DNA of 64,000 nucleotides. Source: a virus (Duplodnaviria; Caudoviricetes). Shown one piece after another: positions 48,352 through 58,833 of this stretch (the first letter of the stretch is position 1; the number at the start of each line of letters is the position of its first letter). The stretch spans positions 1 through 64,000 of the IMG/VR virus record IMGVR_UViG_3300033072_000181; one strand, written 5' to 3'. Made by a program: the position numbers and the translations under genes. The notes beneath the pieces are model-generated. The model ran no database searches, was not told the origin of the DNA, and saw only the letters and a list, made by a program, of their open reading frames with translations.

Positions 48352-48573
48352 TTATTCTCCTTTATGTTTAGTGATGCTATGAACCCACAGATTGATTACA
48401 CATACAGCTAGATATTGTTCTAAGCCATAAGCAATCGTTAGATTAAACAGTGTATTAATAGCCCAAATTACAGCAAATGGGAACATGATAGCTAACATAA
48501 AAATACACATTACTACAAGTACAAACAATACAGAAGATCGTTCAGATAAATTAACTAGAAATCCTTTAAGCAT
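48352..48573 (-). CDS. Small membrane protein (start ATG 48573)
   Basis: Two hydrophobic segments; GGAG SD. Confidence 0.6.
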   Translation of the reverse strand: MLKGFLVNLSERSSVLFVLVVMCIFMLAIMFPFAVIWAINTLFNLTIAYGLEQYLAVCVINLWVHSITKHKGE

Positions 48574-48717
48574 ATTTTCTCCTTTTAATAATATAAGTGC
48601 AAGACTCAGGCTTATCTTGCTTGTCCAGATCATCCCATACGGTAATTAAGCGTATGCTGGCTGTTCCGTTTATTAGACGGCGTTTATGCTAGTTATAGCG
48701 GATGTTTAGAGCAGAGG

Positions 48718-49374
48718 TTAGAACGGTAAATCTTCGTCCTCATCATCATCAACTGGTTTAGCCTTAGCTTTTGGCTTAGGTTTATCAGCCTTTTCAGCTT
48801 TTGGCTTATCTTCAGCTTCATCTTCTAGTTCATCATCAAATTCAGAACCAGCCTTATAATCAGAACTCTTGCGTACATATTCGATCATTTCTGTTACCAG
48901 TACGTTCTTTAGATACAGAGAAGTACTGCCGTTAGTACGTTCAAATACATCAACAGAGATAATACCTTTAGAACCGTTAGCAGGTAGCTTAGTAGCTGTT
49001 ACATCAAGGAGAGTACTGCCGATCTTCTCATATACCTTCGGCTTGAACTCATCGGGAACAGGCTTACCAGTCTTACCTAGCTCTACTGACTTACGGAGTG
49101 TAATAACCCATACGTTCTTACCAGCACCTTCAGGAACAGGACACTTGTAGATATTCTCGAATTCAACTGCCTTCACCTTAGCAATTGAAACCTTAGCATC
49201 TACACGCTTTAGTTCATCTTCAAATTCATCCATCCAATCTTCGTCAGTTACAACAACACCAGCTTTATATTCGTCAGGTTTAACTGGCGCACCGGGTTTC
49301 TGAAAAGACTTAACTGCTTGTTGAACTTGCACATAAACTAGAGTACCACGAATCTTATCAAATTTAAATGTCAT
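48718..49374 (-). CDS. ssb: Single-stranded DNA-binding protein
   Basis: Replication cluster, OB-like core, acidic tail ending DDDEDEDLPF. Confidence 0.7.
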   Translation of the reverse strand: MTFKFDKIRGTLVYVQVQQAVKSFQKPGAPVKPDEYKAGVVVTDEDWMDEFEDELKRVDAKVSIAKVKAVEFENIYKCPVPEGAGKNVWVITLRKSVELGKTGKPVPDEFKPKVYEKIGSTLLDVTATKLPANGSKGIISVDVFERTNGSTSLYLKNVLVTEMIEYVRKSSDYKAGSEFDDELEDEAEDKPKAEKADKPKPKAKAKPVDDDEDEDLPF

Positions 49375-49952
49375 TTTGACCTCCTATTTTAAGTAATGAC
49401 TATTAGCATATTGCTATTTTATTACGACATAATGTGCTATTTATTACAGCTAGTTATACGGCAGTTTTGTGCTACCGTTACTGCTACTACTACTACTGCT
49501 TGCACGACTTTCTACTGAAACAAGCTAGAAATCTGATTATATCCTAAAGTACCGAAATATACAAGTACTAAGAATAAATAATTTTGTAAAATATTAAACA
49601 TAGCACCTCCTTAATCTACTGATATAACACTGAAGTTAGCACATTAATAACTTCAGGTACATCTTTAGTTGGAATCCTAATAGAATTCATTATAACAGAG
49701 TTACGCAAGATATACAACACTTCTTTTGTAGTATCATAAAAATACTCTGTTACAGCGGTTGTGTTGTTTTGTGTAATCATTTGCTTACCTTGTTTGTGTA
49801 ATTATCCGCTTTTTCTGCAATATTGTCAAGTATTTCTATACTTAATTTATTCGGTGCTGTAACTAACGCTACCCAAATATTACGCAGTTTAGCGAGATAC
49901 CAAGGAACCTGCATACTACCAAAAGTATTATACGGTTTTAGATTGTTGAGAT

Positions 49953-50288
49953 TCATTGTTTCATACCTTTAGCAATAAATAAAGCAATTCGAGTACTAAT
50001 GTGTAATGCTTTGCGATAGTAACTTTCTTCAGCTTCTGTTTTATCTGCAATACCTAAGGCAGATAGAAGAGTATGAGCCTGTTCTAGTTCTGCTTTAGCT
50101 TCATCACGCGCTTCACAAGCGTATTTGTAGTTGTTCTGGGTATCTTTTAACAGCTTATCTAATTCAAGAATACGTGTTGCATTTTCTTTGCGTAACTTAT
50201 ATAGAGCTTGAACTTCCTCTACTGATAATTCTACGTTAATCGTTTCGTACTCTTCTGATTGTACTTGAATAGTAATTGATTCATTCAT
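49953..50288 (-). CDS. Hypothetical coiled-coil protein
   Basis: ORF track; GGAG SD. Confidence 0.65.
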   Translation of the reverse strand: MNESITIQVQSEEYETINVELSVEEVQALYKLRKENATRILELDKLLKDTQNNYKYACEARDEAKAELEQAHTLLSALGIADKTEAEESYYRKALHISTRIALFIAKGMKQ

Positions 50289-50299
50289 TGTTATTCTCC

Positions 50300-50518
50300 T
50301 TATTCTCCTGTTTCAATACCTGCTGTACCAACTGTATTACCGTTGGAATCCTTCAGAGGGAATCTTACGTTACCAGCTTGTAGTTTGTCAATAGCTTGGT
50401 GAAGAATACTTACAAGTTCTGACTCAATATCATACATATCCTCACCGAAAGCTGCGTTGTCTGTATTTACTTTTAGTATGAATTGCATTTGTGGCTCCTT
50501 AGTGAATTTCTGCTGCAT
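50300..50518 (-). CDS. Hypothetical protein
   Basis: I.TDNAAF..D...E...IL...L.DSNGNTVG pattern typical of phage hypotheticals. Confidence 0.65.
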   Translation of the reverse strand: MQQKFTKEPQMQFILKVNTDNAAFGEDMYDIESELVSILHQAIDKLQAGNVRFPLKDSNGNTVGTAGIETGE

Positions 50519-51461
50519 TATTACCTACTTTGTACTCGCCGTCAAGTATTTTGTTGATTCCAGTTACAGAAGACCATGAATCACCTCTGCAAATACTAGA
50601 TACTGTACACTGAGTAATGTTAAAAGTAGCAGCAATATCTTTCTGTTTAAACCCTTGGTCATACATAGAAACAATTTCTAATACATTTTCAGGTGAAAGT
50701 TTAGCTGATGGATTCTTCTCCGGTTGCTTTCTTAGATCATTATTAATGTTATCTAAGTAGTACATAGCTTTAGTATAGAGAGTATCTTTACAGGGTGCAG
50801 TCTTATTTGGTCGATCCCCATAATATCTTTCAGATGCGTCATCATAAACTTTAGCTACAGACTTTTCATCACTGTACGTACCAAGATAAATACGTTCTTC
50901 ATCTATTTTAATAGAGGCTGAAATGCTTAAATCTTTGTTTATAGAACCACCTATAATACTCAATAGAGTTCCTTCCTTCTTCCTACGCATGTGTCCTTGA
51001 AAATGTCTGGTATCCCAAGCACAGTTTTCTTTACAGTAGTTCCCATCATTATTCCTTCTGTTTATTGTCAAATCATCAGAGTACCCATATTGCATGTCTT
51101 CCCAGAAACCTTCAAATGTTTTCCATTTATCGCAGTAAGTAACACCCCGACCACCATAGTAATCATAGAACTTATTATTCTTACAATCACATCTAGTTTT
51201 CATGTCTGCCCAGATTTGGTACTGTCTGGAATTATACATACCATGAGATACCTTTTGTTCCATATCTAAACAACCACAAGACTTAGTTTTACCTGTAGTA
51301 AGTTGATTAAAAAGATAAGATTTTGGTTCTGATCCGCAAGAACATTGTGCTAAGAATTTACGCCTTGTTTCTCCAGATGGGTAGATGTGCTTATCAACCT
51401 CCTTAATAATAGTAAGTCTATTAAACACATCACCCTCTTTAACACTTAATTGTTTAGCCAT
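50499..51461 (-). CDS. Free-standing HNH-family endonuclease with AP2- and HTH-like domains
   Basis: CSCG..KSCGC, W..MK.RC...YYGGRG, TINR.NNDGNY..ENC.W; own promoter and GGAGG SD. Confidence 0.85.
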   Translation of the reverse strand: MAKQLSVKEGDVFNRLTIIKEVDKHIYPSGETRRKFLAQCSCGSEPKSYLFNQLTTGKTKSCGCLDMEQKVSHGMYNSRQYQIWADMKTRCDCKNNKFYDYYGGRGVTYCDKWKTFEGFWEDMQYGYSDDLTINRRNNDGNYCKENCAWDTRHFQGHMRRKKEGTLLSIIGGSINKDLSISASIKIDEERIYLGTYSDEKSVAKVYDDASERYYGDRPNKTAPCKDTLYTKAMYYLDNINNDLRKQPEKNPSAKLSPENVLEIVSMYDQGFKQKDIAATFNITQCTVSSICRGDSWSSVTGINKILDGEYKVGNNAAEIH

Positions 51462-51529
51462 ATAACCTCCTATTGAAAGTTATATTATACACTAATATTT
51501 ACCTATTTAAAAGTAATAATGCTGAAACA

Positions 51530-54097
51530 TCAGTGACAACCTGCCCAATTCTTGTGAATAATATAACCTGCTGTTAATTCAACATTAAGTTTGTAGTATT
51601 CACCAGCTTCTGTCACAGATTTTGTAGCTAAGACACCTGCTTCAGAATAGGCACAGTAATAACCTTTATCTGTATGTGCAATATCACTCCAATTATGATT
51701 ACTCTTCTTGAACTCTTTAGCTTCATTCTCTGTGTTAAACATCTTAAACTTAACTAAATCTTTTGTCAATTCTGACTGCGCTTCATCCAACTGTTCAAGT
51801 AGTTCGTTAAGCTACCCTGCAACATTACTTGCTACCTAACGGTTTCCCGCAGGATCGGACTATATCACGGACTATTAAAGTCCCCTGCTATTTCGACTGC
51901 ACTTGCAGCCTACGCCTTACGGCTAGTCTCTGAAGGTTCCTATTTCTAGGCTTCCCTGCTGATTGGCATGTCTTTCGATTTAGCTTTCCAGCAATTAAAC
52001 AGGTTATTCAATGTACCTCACGGCACAAGGCCACAATTACTTATGGTACGCAATCATTTGTTGGCAGAATGACTTAGATTTCCAATCATCTTTAAATAGA
52101 TCAACAATTAAGCCTTTCTCCCTTAACTTTCTATCATGGATAACCATAGCTCGTTTAGCACATATTACACCTGCACTTTGGAAGGCTGTATTAATAACAT
52201 TACCTTTACTTCTGACAGGTAGCTTACGTTTATCTAAACCCAACAAGAATTTCTTCTGACCAGTTGTTTCCCAATACTTCTGCATATTCTCTTTTAACTC
52301 TTTTAGAGGTGATGCTTTATCCCAAAAAGCGTCAAAGATAACTTGAGCGGTATCTAAGTCACAACCTACAATCTTACTGACACGTTTTGGTTGAGCATTG
52401 TAACTACAACCATACTTTACACTCTTAGCAGTACCACGAGGAAACTCCTTACCAATAATACCTGTAATATACTTAGCTAAAACTGTATGGCAATCATTAG
52501 GTTTCTCTGCTGTAAGACTGATCCCGTACTCTGGGCCTCCTTTATATTTATGAACATAATGGCTCTCGATTTTAGCCTCAAGTGAGTCAAAGTCATAACC
52601 CATCTGATAATATCCATCAGCACACCCAAACAATGCTCTCATCTTATCTCCATAGAGAGAGGTTGTACGAGGAATATTACAGACTAACCTATGTTTAAAT
52701 CTAGATGTTCCAGCATCACAAGTACCAGCAGGAGTAGGAATACGGCCATCATCACGAATATTAGCTAAGAAACCTTTCTCTGCTTCTTCGTCATCATCTG
52801 GATCAAAGCCACCACCCAAAATGCTATTACGTCTATGGTTATAAGTTAGAAATTCTACAATCTTTTTAGTATGCGGAAACTCTTTTTCTAATTGTACCAA
52901 TGTAGGATCAATCTCTTTATCTTGACCAATTGTAAATGTAGGATTAGTCAAGACCTTTACAGGTTTAGAAATATCTTTCGCTAACAATGAACGCAACAGA
53001 TTACCTTTTGTAGTTCCAACATGATCTAGCCTATCCCTACAGAAAGCACTAGCTAGTGTTTGTTCTACGTATTTAACAACAGCTTTCTCGTATGTTTCCT
53101 TATCAACTTTTTGTTTCTTAGCATTAACTGTTAAATCTCGTTCTTTATACTGAGTAGGACTCCATCCAAAATGACTAACTAACCATTCCTTAATATGTGT
53201 TGTATCTTTCAGCGTAGCCTTCTCGTGAGTAATCAAAGGTTCTGTGGGGAGAGGTAACTTACGTTCTTCACCGAATAAATATACTGTCCTGTCATCAATA
53301 AAATAACCTGAGTGTTTTTCTACAAAGTTTTTAATATGATGATTAGGAAGTCCTGATTTTAGAAACTGAGTGTTAGGTGGGGTATAAAGTTTAGCATTAG
53401 TCTTAGATAAAGGCTTCTCTGGAATAACTGGTTCAACTTCTGCTTTAATAGTTTCAATCTTTTCATCTAAGTCTTTAACTAAACTAACAGCTAGTTTAGA
53501 ATCAAACATAAAACCCCTATGCTCCTGCCTAGTGATGATCTCTGCTACAGCTTTCTCAAGTTTAATAGCTTCATCCCAAGGCCAATCACCTTTCTCTTTT
53601 AGTAAGTGCAGATATACTTTCTCTGTCAGATTAACGTCTTGGATACAGTATGTTTTCATTTCTTCAGTATATTTACTAAAGTCATGGAAATCAATCTTAG
53701 CAGAACCTAAACGCTTACCCCAAGACTCTAGACTATGACCTCCTAGACGGTCAGGATTAAGTACTTTAGATAAAACCATAGTATCTACAATCTCAACATC
53801 TTTACCGTTGATTGTATCTGGCTCTACTGTGTAATCCATTCCAGTATATAGCTTAATGACCAACATATCATAGTTAATACCGTTGTGCGTAATCACTGTA
53901 GTAGCTTGCTTATAAAACTCAACAAACTTAGTCTTGATATCATCTTCTTCAAACGTATAAACCTTACCTGTATCAATATCCTTACAGACGATTAACCATA
54001 TTCTAAATGATTCTTTCAGCTTGTAAGGCGAAGCTGTATAGTCAATACTTTCGTTGTTTAGCAAGTTGTTTGCTTCAATGTCTAGAACAATACGCAT
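51530..54097 (-). CDS. polA: Family A DNA polymerase, spliced: join(54097..52043,51787..51530), 770 aa
   Basis: Exo motifs LDIE, HNGINYD, YCIQDV; motif A DFDSLE; motif B AKSVKYG; splicing restores motif C YHDE; ends NWAGCH. Confidence 0.93.
51788..52042 (-). mobile_element. Group I intron (IA2-like, ORF-less, 255 nt) in polymerase motif C
   Basis: P1 CCAU/GTGG; AATTGCTGGAA, AATCAGCAG, TTCAGAGACTA, GATATAGTCC; terminal G51788; joins CAT to GAT. Confidence 0.92.
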
Positions 54098-54121
54098 ATA
54101 CCCTCCGTTGTTAGTGAAGAG

Positions 54122-54150
54122 AGTATAAGCGTACCGTACTCTCTTGTCAA
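54122..54150 (-). promoter_or_regulatory. Promoter of the polymerase gene
   Basis: Minus strand TTGACA-N17-TATACT. Confidence 0.8.
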
Positions 54151-54151
54151 G

Positions 54152-55822
54152 TTAGAAACTAAGAGTTTCAGTATTAAACTCATCCTGCGCCAGCACTACT
54201 TCCCACGTTTCCTCGTTAATCTTGAACTCATCACAAACCCCTAGATAACCCCACGGACGGTTCTTTAGCACAGTCAAACGGACATTCCCACGGCTGCGAT
54301 CTGGCATAATCTGAGGTTCTAAGCCTAGAATAATAAAACTCAACTGTTCTAAGCTAGAGCTACCACGCATAGATTCTTTTGTTACCTGTACCCAATAAGG
54401 TTCATCTTGTTCTTTACCTTTCGGTGCTTGGAACTGACTAGCTCCACTACGATTAATGTGAGATACAGCGATTACACATACATCATTAGCAGCACAGAAG
54501 GCAGCTAGTTCTGTCATAACAATATCAAGTTGTTTGCGCTCGTTATCTGTTTCTAAGCCACTGATAACCATTGACAAGTGATCAAGCATAATATACTTGC
54601 AACCTTCTACTAAGTGCATATGCTTAATCTTTGACATAAGCTCAGATACAGGTAAAGAACCAAAGTGACTCAACATAACTAAACGATCATTATTAACGAT
54701 ATCTTCATAGGCTTCTTGAATCTGCTCCATCGTGCTGCATTCTAACGGCTTATCCTTGAACTTCAGATAATTAACTTTTAGCTTAGAGGCTACTAATCGT
54801 TGCATAGTTTCTTTGTTAGTTTCTTCTAGGTAGATCATACCAATCTTCTCTCCAGCATCTACGAAAGCATTAGCAAACAACGATAGTACAGTTGATTTAC
54901 CTGTATTGCTAGGACTTGTAAGTAGGCATAATTCGCGTGTCCTGAAGCCATGAATCTTTTCCATCAGCTTAGGGAATGCTTCTACATAGATACCTTCTGG
55001 ACGAGGTTCTAGTAGCTCTTCTAATGAGATTTCATGTGCCTTAACAATCTTCTCTGCTGAATATGCACGCTTACCAAATTGAACAAGTTTAGCTAGCTCT
55101 GTTGATTTATTAGCTTGTAGATAGTCAGAAGCATCCTTGAAGCCTTCATCTGGAGAAACTGTAGTCAGAGCAATGCCTGTACCAACAAAAGCATTAGCTA
55201 CAGCTTCACGAGCCTCGTGACCCTTCATAACCCCAGCTTTAGTCTCTTTAGGTGTACAATAGTCATCATCAAAGAAAATAGTCAAAGAATCGTGAGACTT
55301 AACATATTCTTCGTTGTGTAGAATGGCTTCCACAGCATTAGCTGTACCTAAAGGAATACTGACAACGAATGGTTCTAGATTCTCATACTTAGTACCTTTA
55401 ACACTATCTACTAACGCTTGAAAACAGCTAACAGTGTCCCACTGGCCCTCTGTGATTGTTAGATTACTACGCTTACGGTTAATACCTTCTGCTACATTCT
55501 GACCAAAGAGTTTATTGCCAATAGTCACAGCACCAACTGTACTCCAGTGACCACGTTCTTCTTTAGATTTAGTAATATCTTGCTTAGAATAACCAACGAT
55601 CTTACCCTTCTGGTTGTAAGATGGAAAATAATAAGCTACAACTGTCTCACCATCAATCTCTGACATACCAGCACGAATACCGAAACGCTCGCAGATTTCT
55701 TTACGAATATTACGATCTTCTGCGGCTACATAAGGGTATTTTTGAATATCCTCAATTGTTTCTTTGTTATGAATATCCATAAATTCTTCTCCTTTGTTAG
55801 ACTTCTTCTTGAAATAGCCCAC
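54152..55822 (-). CDS. T7 gp4-like primase-helicase lacking the N-terminal zinc-binding domain
   Basis: TOPRIM TITEGQWD and FFDDD; Walker A SPSNTGKST; LDHL, SHINR, RGSSSLEQLS, VLKNR. Confidence 0.9.
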   Translation of the reverse strand: MGYFKKKSNKGEEFMDIHNKETIEDIQKYPYVAAEDRNIRKEICERFGIRAGMSEIDGETVVAYYFPSYNQKGKIVGYSKQDITKSKEERGHWSTVGAVTIGNKLFGQNVAEGINRKRSNLTITEGQWDTVSCFQALVDSVKGTKYENLEPFVVSIPLGTANAVEAILHNEEYVKSHDSLTIFFDDDYCTPKETKAGVMKGHEAREAVANAFVGTGIALTTVSPDEGFKDASDYLQANKSTELAKLVQFGKRAYSAEKIVKAHEISLEELLEPRPEGIYVEAFPKLMEKIHGFRTRELCLLTSPSNTGKSTVLSLFANAFVDAGEKIGMIYLEETNKETMQRLVASKLKVNYLKFKDKPLECSTMEQIQEAYEDIVNNDRLVMLSHFGSLPVSELMSKIKHMHLVEGCKYIMLDHLSMVISGLETDNERKQLDIVMTELAAFCAANDVCVIAVSHINRSGASQFQAPKGKEQDEPYWVQVTKESMRGSSSLEQLSFIILGLEPQIMPDRSRGNVRLTVLKNRPWGYLGVCDEFKINEETWEVVLAQDEFNTETLSF

Positions 55823-55832
55823 TGGTTTCTCC

Positions 55833-56834
55833 TTACTTCTGCTTAATCAAATATTTATTAGAAATTACCTTAAAGCTGTATCGTTCTTCTGTATTCGCTT
55901 TATATACAACACCCTCTTGCTCCGTGTTATATAATTCAGACGTACCTTCAGCTAAAGCCAGTAGCTTATCACAAGTTTCTTCTAAAGGTAAGTAAAATTC
56001 AGTGTGTTTGACTGGAACATGAAGTAGCTCCAAATCATTACATAGTTTACGTACTTCTGAAGGAGTAGCATAACGCTGTTCGTCAATGAAGTAAATATCA
56101 TATACATATAAACGTACATCATTAAACTTATAAATATTACCTTGAATACCACTACCAACTTGCTCACCTTGGATAACTAAATTAATGTTAAGTTTTGTTA
56201 ATTTTTCTTGCAGATTATATTTACGTGCAGTATTCCAAAACGTACCGTCAGGAGAATCTTTTAGTTCTAGGTTACGTGAGCAAACACCAAATGTTGAATT
56301 ATCATAATAAGCCGAGAATGATTGACCTTCTAACTTCTCTGTAACTTCGTAGGATACTCCTAGTTTTGGTTTAGAGATATTCTGGATACGTTCTTGATCT
56401 GTCTTAGGGAAGAAAGCAGGGAAATTACCTTTAGCATCACTACTTGAAAAACCAACAGGAGGCTCCCATTTCTGGATACCTAAGGCTTCGGATACATCAT
56501 TACCTTCTGTTAATTCAACAGATAAATCTTTAATCAAATCAACTGGTAGAATCAACCCTTGAGATAATTGACCACGTAGCTTAATAGTTTTTAAGCGTTC
56601 TCCTTGTACTCCATTGTATTCTTTTGGGGAATGACCAGACTTAGTAAGAAATGGTGCTACTTCTGTTGGGATAAAACTATCAATCTCACAATATACGCAC
56701 AATGAACCAACAGAATATTCACCCTTCTTAACAACAACTTTCCATCCTCCAATACGAGCAATCTCAATAAGGTCTGCTCCTTCAATTGGTAGTAATTCTT
56801 CAATAATACGAATACTTGCCATTTTACGTGTCAT
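55833..56834 (-). CDS. RNA ligase (Rnl2/DRB0094-like)
   Basis: PIEGAD.IE.A...GW.VVVKKGE N-terminus; TEKLEG, QGE..G, EGVV.K, FKVIS..YL. Confidence 0.9.
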   Translation of the reverse strand: MTRKMASIRIIEELLPIEGADLIEIARIGGWKVVVKKGEYSVGSLCVYCEIDSFIPTEVAPFLTKSGHSPKEYNGVQGERLKTIKLRGQLSQGLILPVDLIKDLSVELTEGNDVSEALGIQKWEPPVGFSSSDAKGNFPAFFPKTDQERIQNISKPKLGVSYEVTEKLEGQSFSAYYDNSTFGVCSRNLELKDSPDGTFWNTARKYNLQEKLTKLNINLVIQGEQVGSGIQGNIYKFNDVRLYVYDIYFIDEQRYATPSEVRKLCNDLELLHVPVKHTEFYLPLEETCDKLLALAEGTSELYNTEQEGVVYKANTEERYSFKVISNKYLIKQK

Positions 56835-56920
56835 GCTTATTCTCCTTGTGTAATATAACTGATAGAACGACTATATACTAACACTACATAAATAGCAATA
56901 GTTTTACAGTCTTACAGTAT

Positions 56921-57208
56921 TTAACCAACATTCAAACTATCATTCAAACCATCAATAATCTCTGTAATTTGACTAGCGGTAGCACTCCCTACATGCCTGT
57001 GTAATTCATTACCGCTATCATCAATAAAAACTAAAGTTGGTACTGACCGAATACGATACTGACTAGCTACAATCATATCATCGTCATCGTCTAAGTTAAA
57101 TTCATCTAATGAAGTATTCATACTGGAAAAATCAATCTTCTTCAGCTCTACTGCTAGATTACCACACGGTACGCACCAAGGTGCACCAAACTTTAAAATA
57201 TTAATCAT
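56921..57208 (-). CDS. Thioredoxin
   Basis: FGAPWCVPC, IRSVPTL. Confidence 0.88.
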   Translation of the reverse strand: MINILKFGAPWCVPCGNLAVELKKIDFSSMNTSLDEFNLDDDDDMIVASQYRIRSVPTLVFIDDSGNELHRHVGSATASQITEIIDGLNDSLNVG

Positions 57209-57450
57209 ACATTCTCCTTATTCTGTAGTTTTACAATGAATTGCTTGTGTACAATATGCCGTAGCACTTGAATATCTCTCGTAATAGTATTGCGTACTTG
57301 CTGATCTACAATATAGTAATTATTATTATATTTAGCAATAACAGTTACTTTAGTGGGAGGTAATCCGGCTTGTAACATCATAGCATCAAACGGGTATTCC
57401 GTACTAATACAATCACAGGATAAATCTAGTTCTAATTGTTCGTATTTCAT
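57205..57450 (-). CDS. Hypothetical protein
   Basis: ORF track. Confidence 0.55.
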   Translation of the reverse strand: MKYEQLELDLSCDCISTEYPFDAMMLQAGLPPTKVTVIAKYNNNYYIVDQQVRNTITRDIQVLRHIVHKQFIVKLQNKENV

Positions 57451-57452
57451 AT

Positions 57453-57650
57453 TTAGCTCGCTTTTAATTTATATACATCACCGTTCATACAACGTACCGA
57501 ATCAGCATAAAGTTGAATACTATCAACACCCTCATACTTAGCACAGATTTTAACAGCGTTATTTACTTGATAAGCACTGGCTGAACAACCAGACAGTACT
57601 GAAGTGCATAATACCAATGCTAACGCTGCTGCAATATACTTTTTAATCAT
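57453..57650 (-). CDS. Small lipoprotein (start ATG 57650)
   Basis: MIKKYIAAALALVLCTSVLSG-C: basic N-region, hydrophobic stretch, lipobox LSGC; GGAG SD. Confidence 0.75.
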   Translation of the reverse strand: MIKKYIAAALALVLCTSVLSGCSASAYQVNNAVKICAKYEGVDSIQLYADSVRCMNGDVYKLKAS

Positions 57651-57660
57651 TTTATTCTCC

Positions 57661-58623
57661 TTATAAATTAACTTTACTACGAATACACTTAAATGTCGGA
57701 TAACGCGGCAGATTAAGACAGCCGAAAGCAAAATATTCAAACTCTACTATATGTCCAACTATAGTACTAGGATTATCCCAAAATTTCTTTCGTTCGTCAA
57801 GTGTTGTTTCACCGGGAGATACTGTAATTTCAGTTCCAGCCTTAGCAATCAAGTTTCCGCTAATATCCAGTAGGTCAGCTAACAAAGTGCCCTGTATGCT
57901 ACCTAGCAAGCCGTTAGGCGTTAGATTCTCTTGGTTGGTACTCCTAGTAGTCCGGCCTAATTCATTCGTTGTAGCGGCGTTATTATTGCTGTTTCCTTCT
58001 GTAATACCTGTTACAAGAATCTCTGCTGTCATAAACGGTTTCCATCGCCATAGATGTACCTTACTCTTGCTGCTACGACCTTCTTTATGTGCAAGATCAC
58101 CAGACCGTAAGATAACACCCTCATAACCTAGTGCAATTAGCTTTTGCTTATACTCTTCGTATTCTTGAATATTATTCAGAATAACAATAGGTACAATATG
58201 GATATTATTCCATCCTTGTAGATTTAGTTCAAGTACTTTATCCACTAGCATATTATATCGAATGCTGTACGGTAAATTAACAGTATCTTCAGTTACATAA
58301 TCGAAGCACCAAAGATGAATATCTGGTTTGCCTTCAATTCTACGCATATCACCGCTTGTTAAACGGCACAATGATTCAGCAGTAGGATCACTTCCTGTTG
58401 TAGCTTCAGCATCAATACCGTTTAATGCAGAATTAGAGAACAAAGATGTAACATGCTTATTCTCATGGTTTTTTAGACTACGTGCGTATGCTACACCGTT
58501 TTGTACTAAGATACGGCAACCATCAGTCTTAGGCATACCATACAAAGGAAATAATTTAGGTAGTTTATCTTCTTGTACATCTACAGCTAATAGCGGTTTG
58601 ATCGGTTTGATTAGTTTAGGCAT
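57661..58623 (-). CDS. ATP-dependent DNA ligase
   Basis: PKTDGCR, IDAE, WCFD, GYEGVILR, RWKPF, PRYPTF. Confidence 0.9.
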   Translation of the reverse strand: MPKLIKPIKPLLAVDVQEDKLPKLFPLYGMPKTDGCRILVQNGVAYARSLKNHENKHVTSLFSNSALNGIDAEATTGSDPTAESLCRLTSGDMRRIEGKPDIHLWCFDYVTEDTVNLPYSIRYNMLVDKVLELNLQGWNNIHIVPIVILNNIQEYEEYKQKLIALGYEGVILRSGDLAHKEGRSSKSKVHLWRWKPFMTAEILVTGITEGNSNNNAATTNELGRTTRSTNQENLTPNGLLGSIQGTLLADLLDISGNLIAKAGTEITVSPGETTLDERKKFWDNPSTIVGHIVEFEYFAFGCLNLPRYPTFKCIRSKVNL

Positions 58624-58632
58624 ATTACGCTC

Positions 58633-58833
58633 CTATTCAAAATAAAGTTCATTACAGCAGTCATCATAGTCATCCTCTGTATTACCGTCCATATAATCTT
58701 CAAGTAACCTCCGTAAATTACGCATATCTAATTGAACAGAATCAAAGTTATCAGCGGTTGGTTCTTGTAAAAACATAAGGATACTCTCTTGTAGTTCTTC
58801 AATATATTCTTCTACATTAGTTTTATTAATCAT
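58633..58833 (-). CDS. Hypothetical acidic protein
   Basis: ORF track. Confidence 0.6.
   Translation of the reverse strand: MINKTNVEEYIEELQESILMFLQEPTADNFDSVQLDMRNLRRLLEDYMDGNTEDDYDDCCNELYFE

Noticed and set aside
51530-51790. Independent 86-aa gene
   Set aside because: It is exon 2 of the polymerase; its TTG start is the last three bases of the intron.
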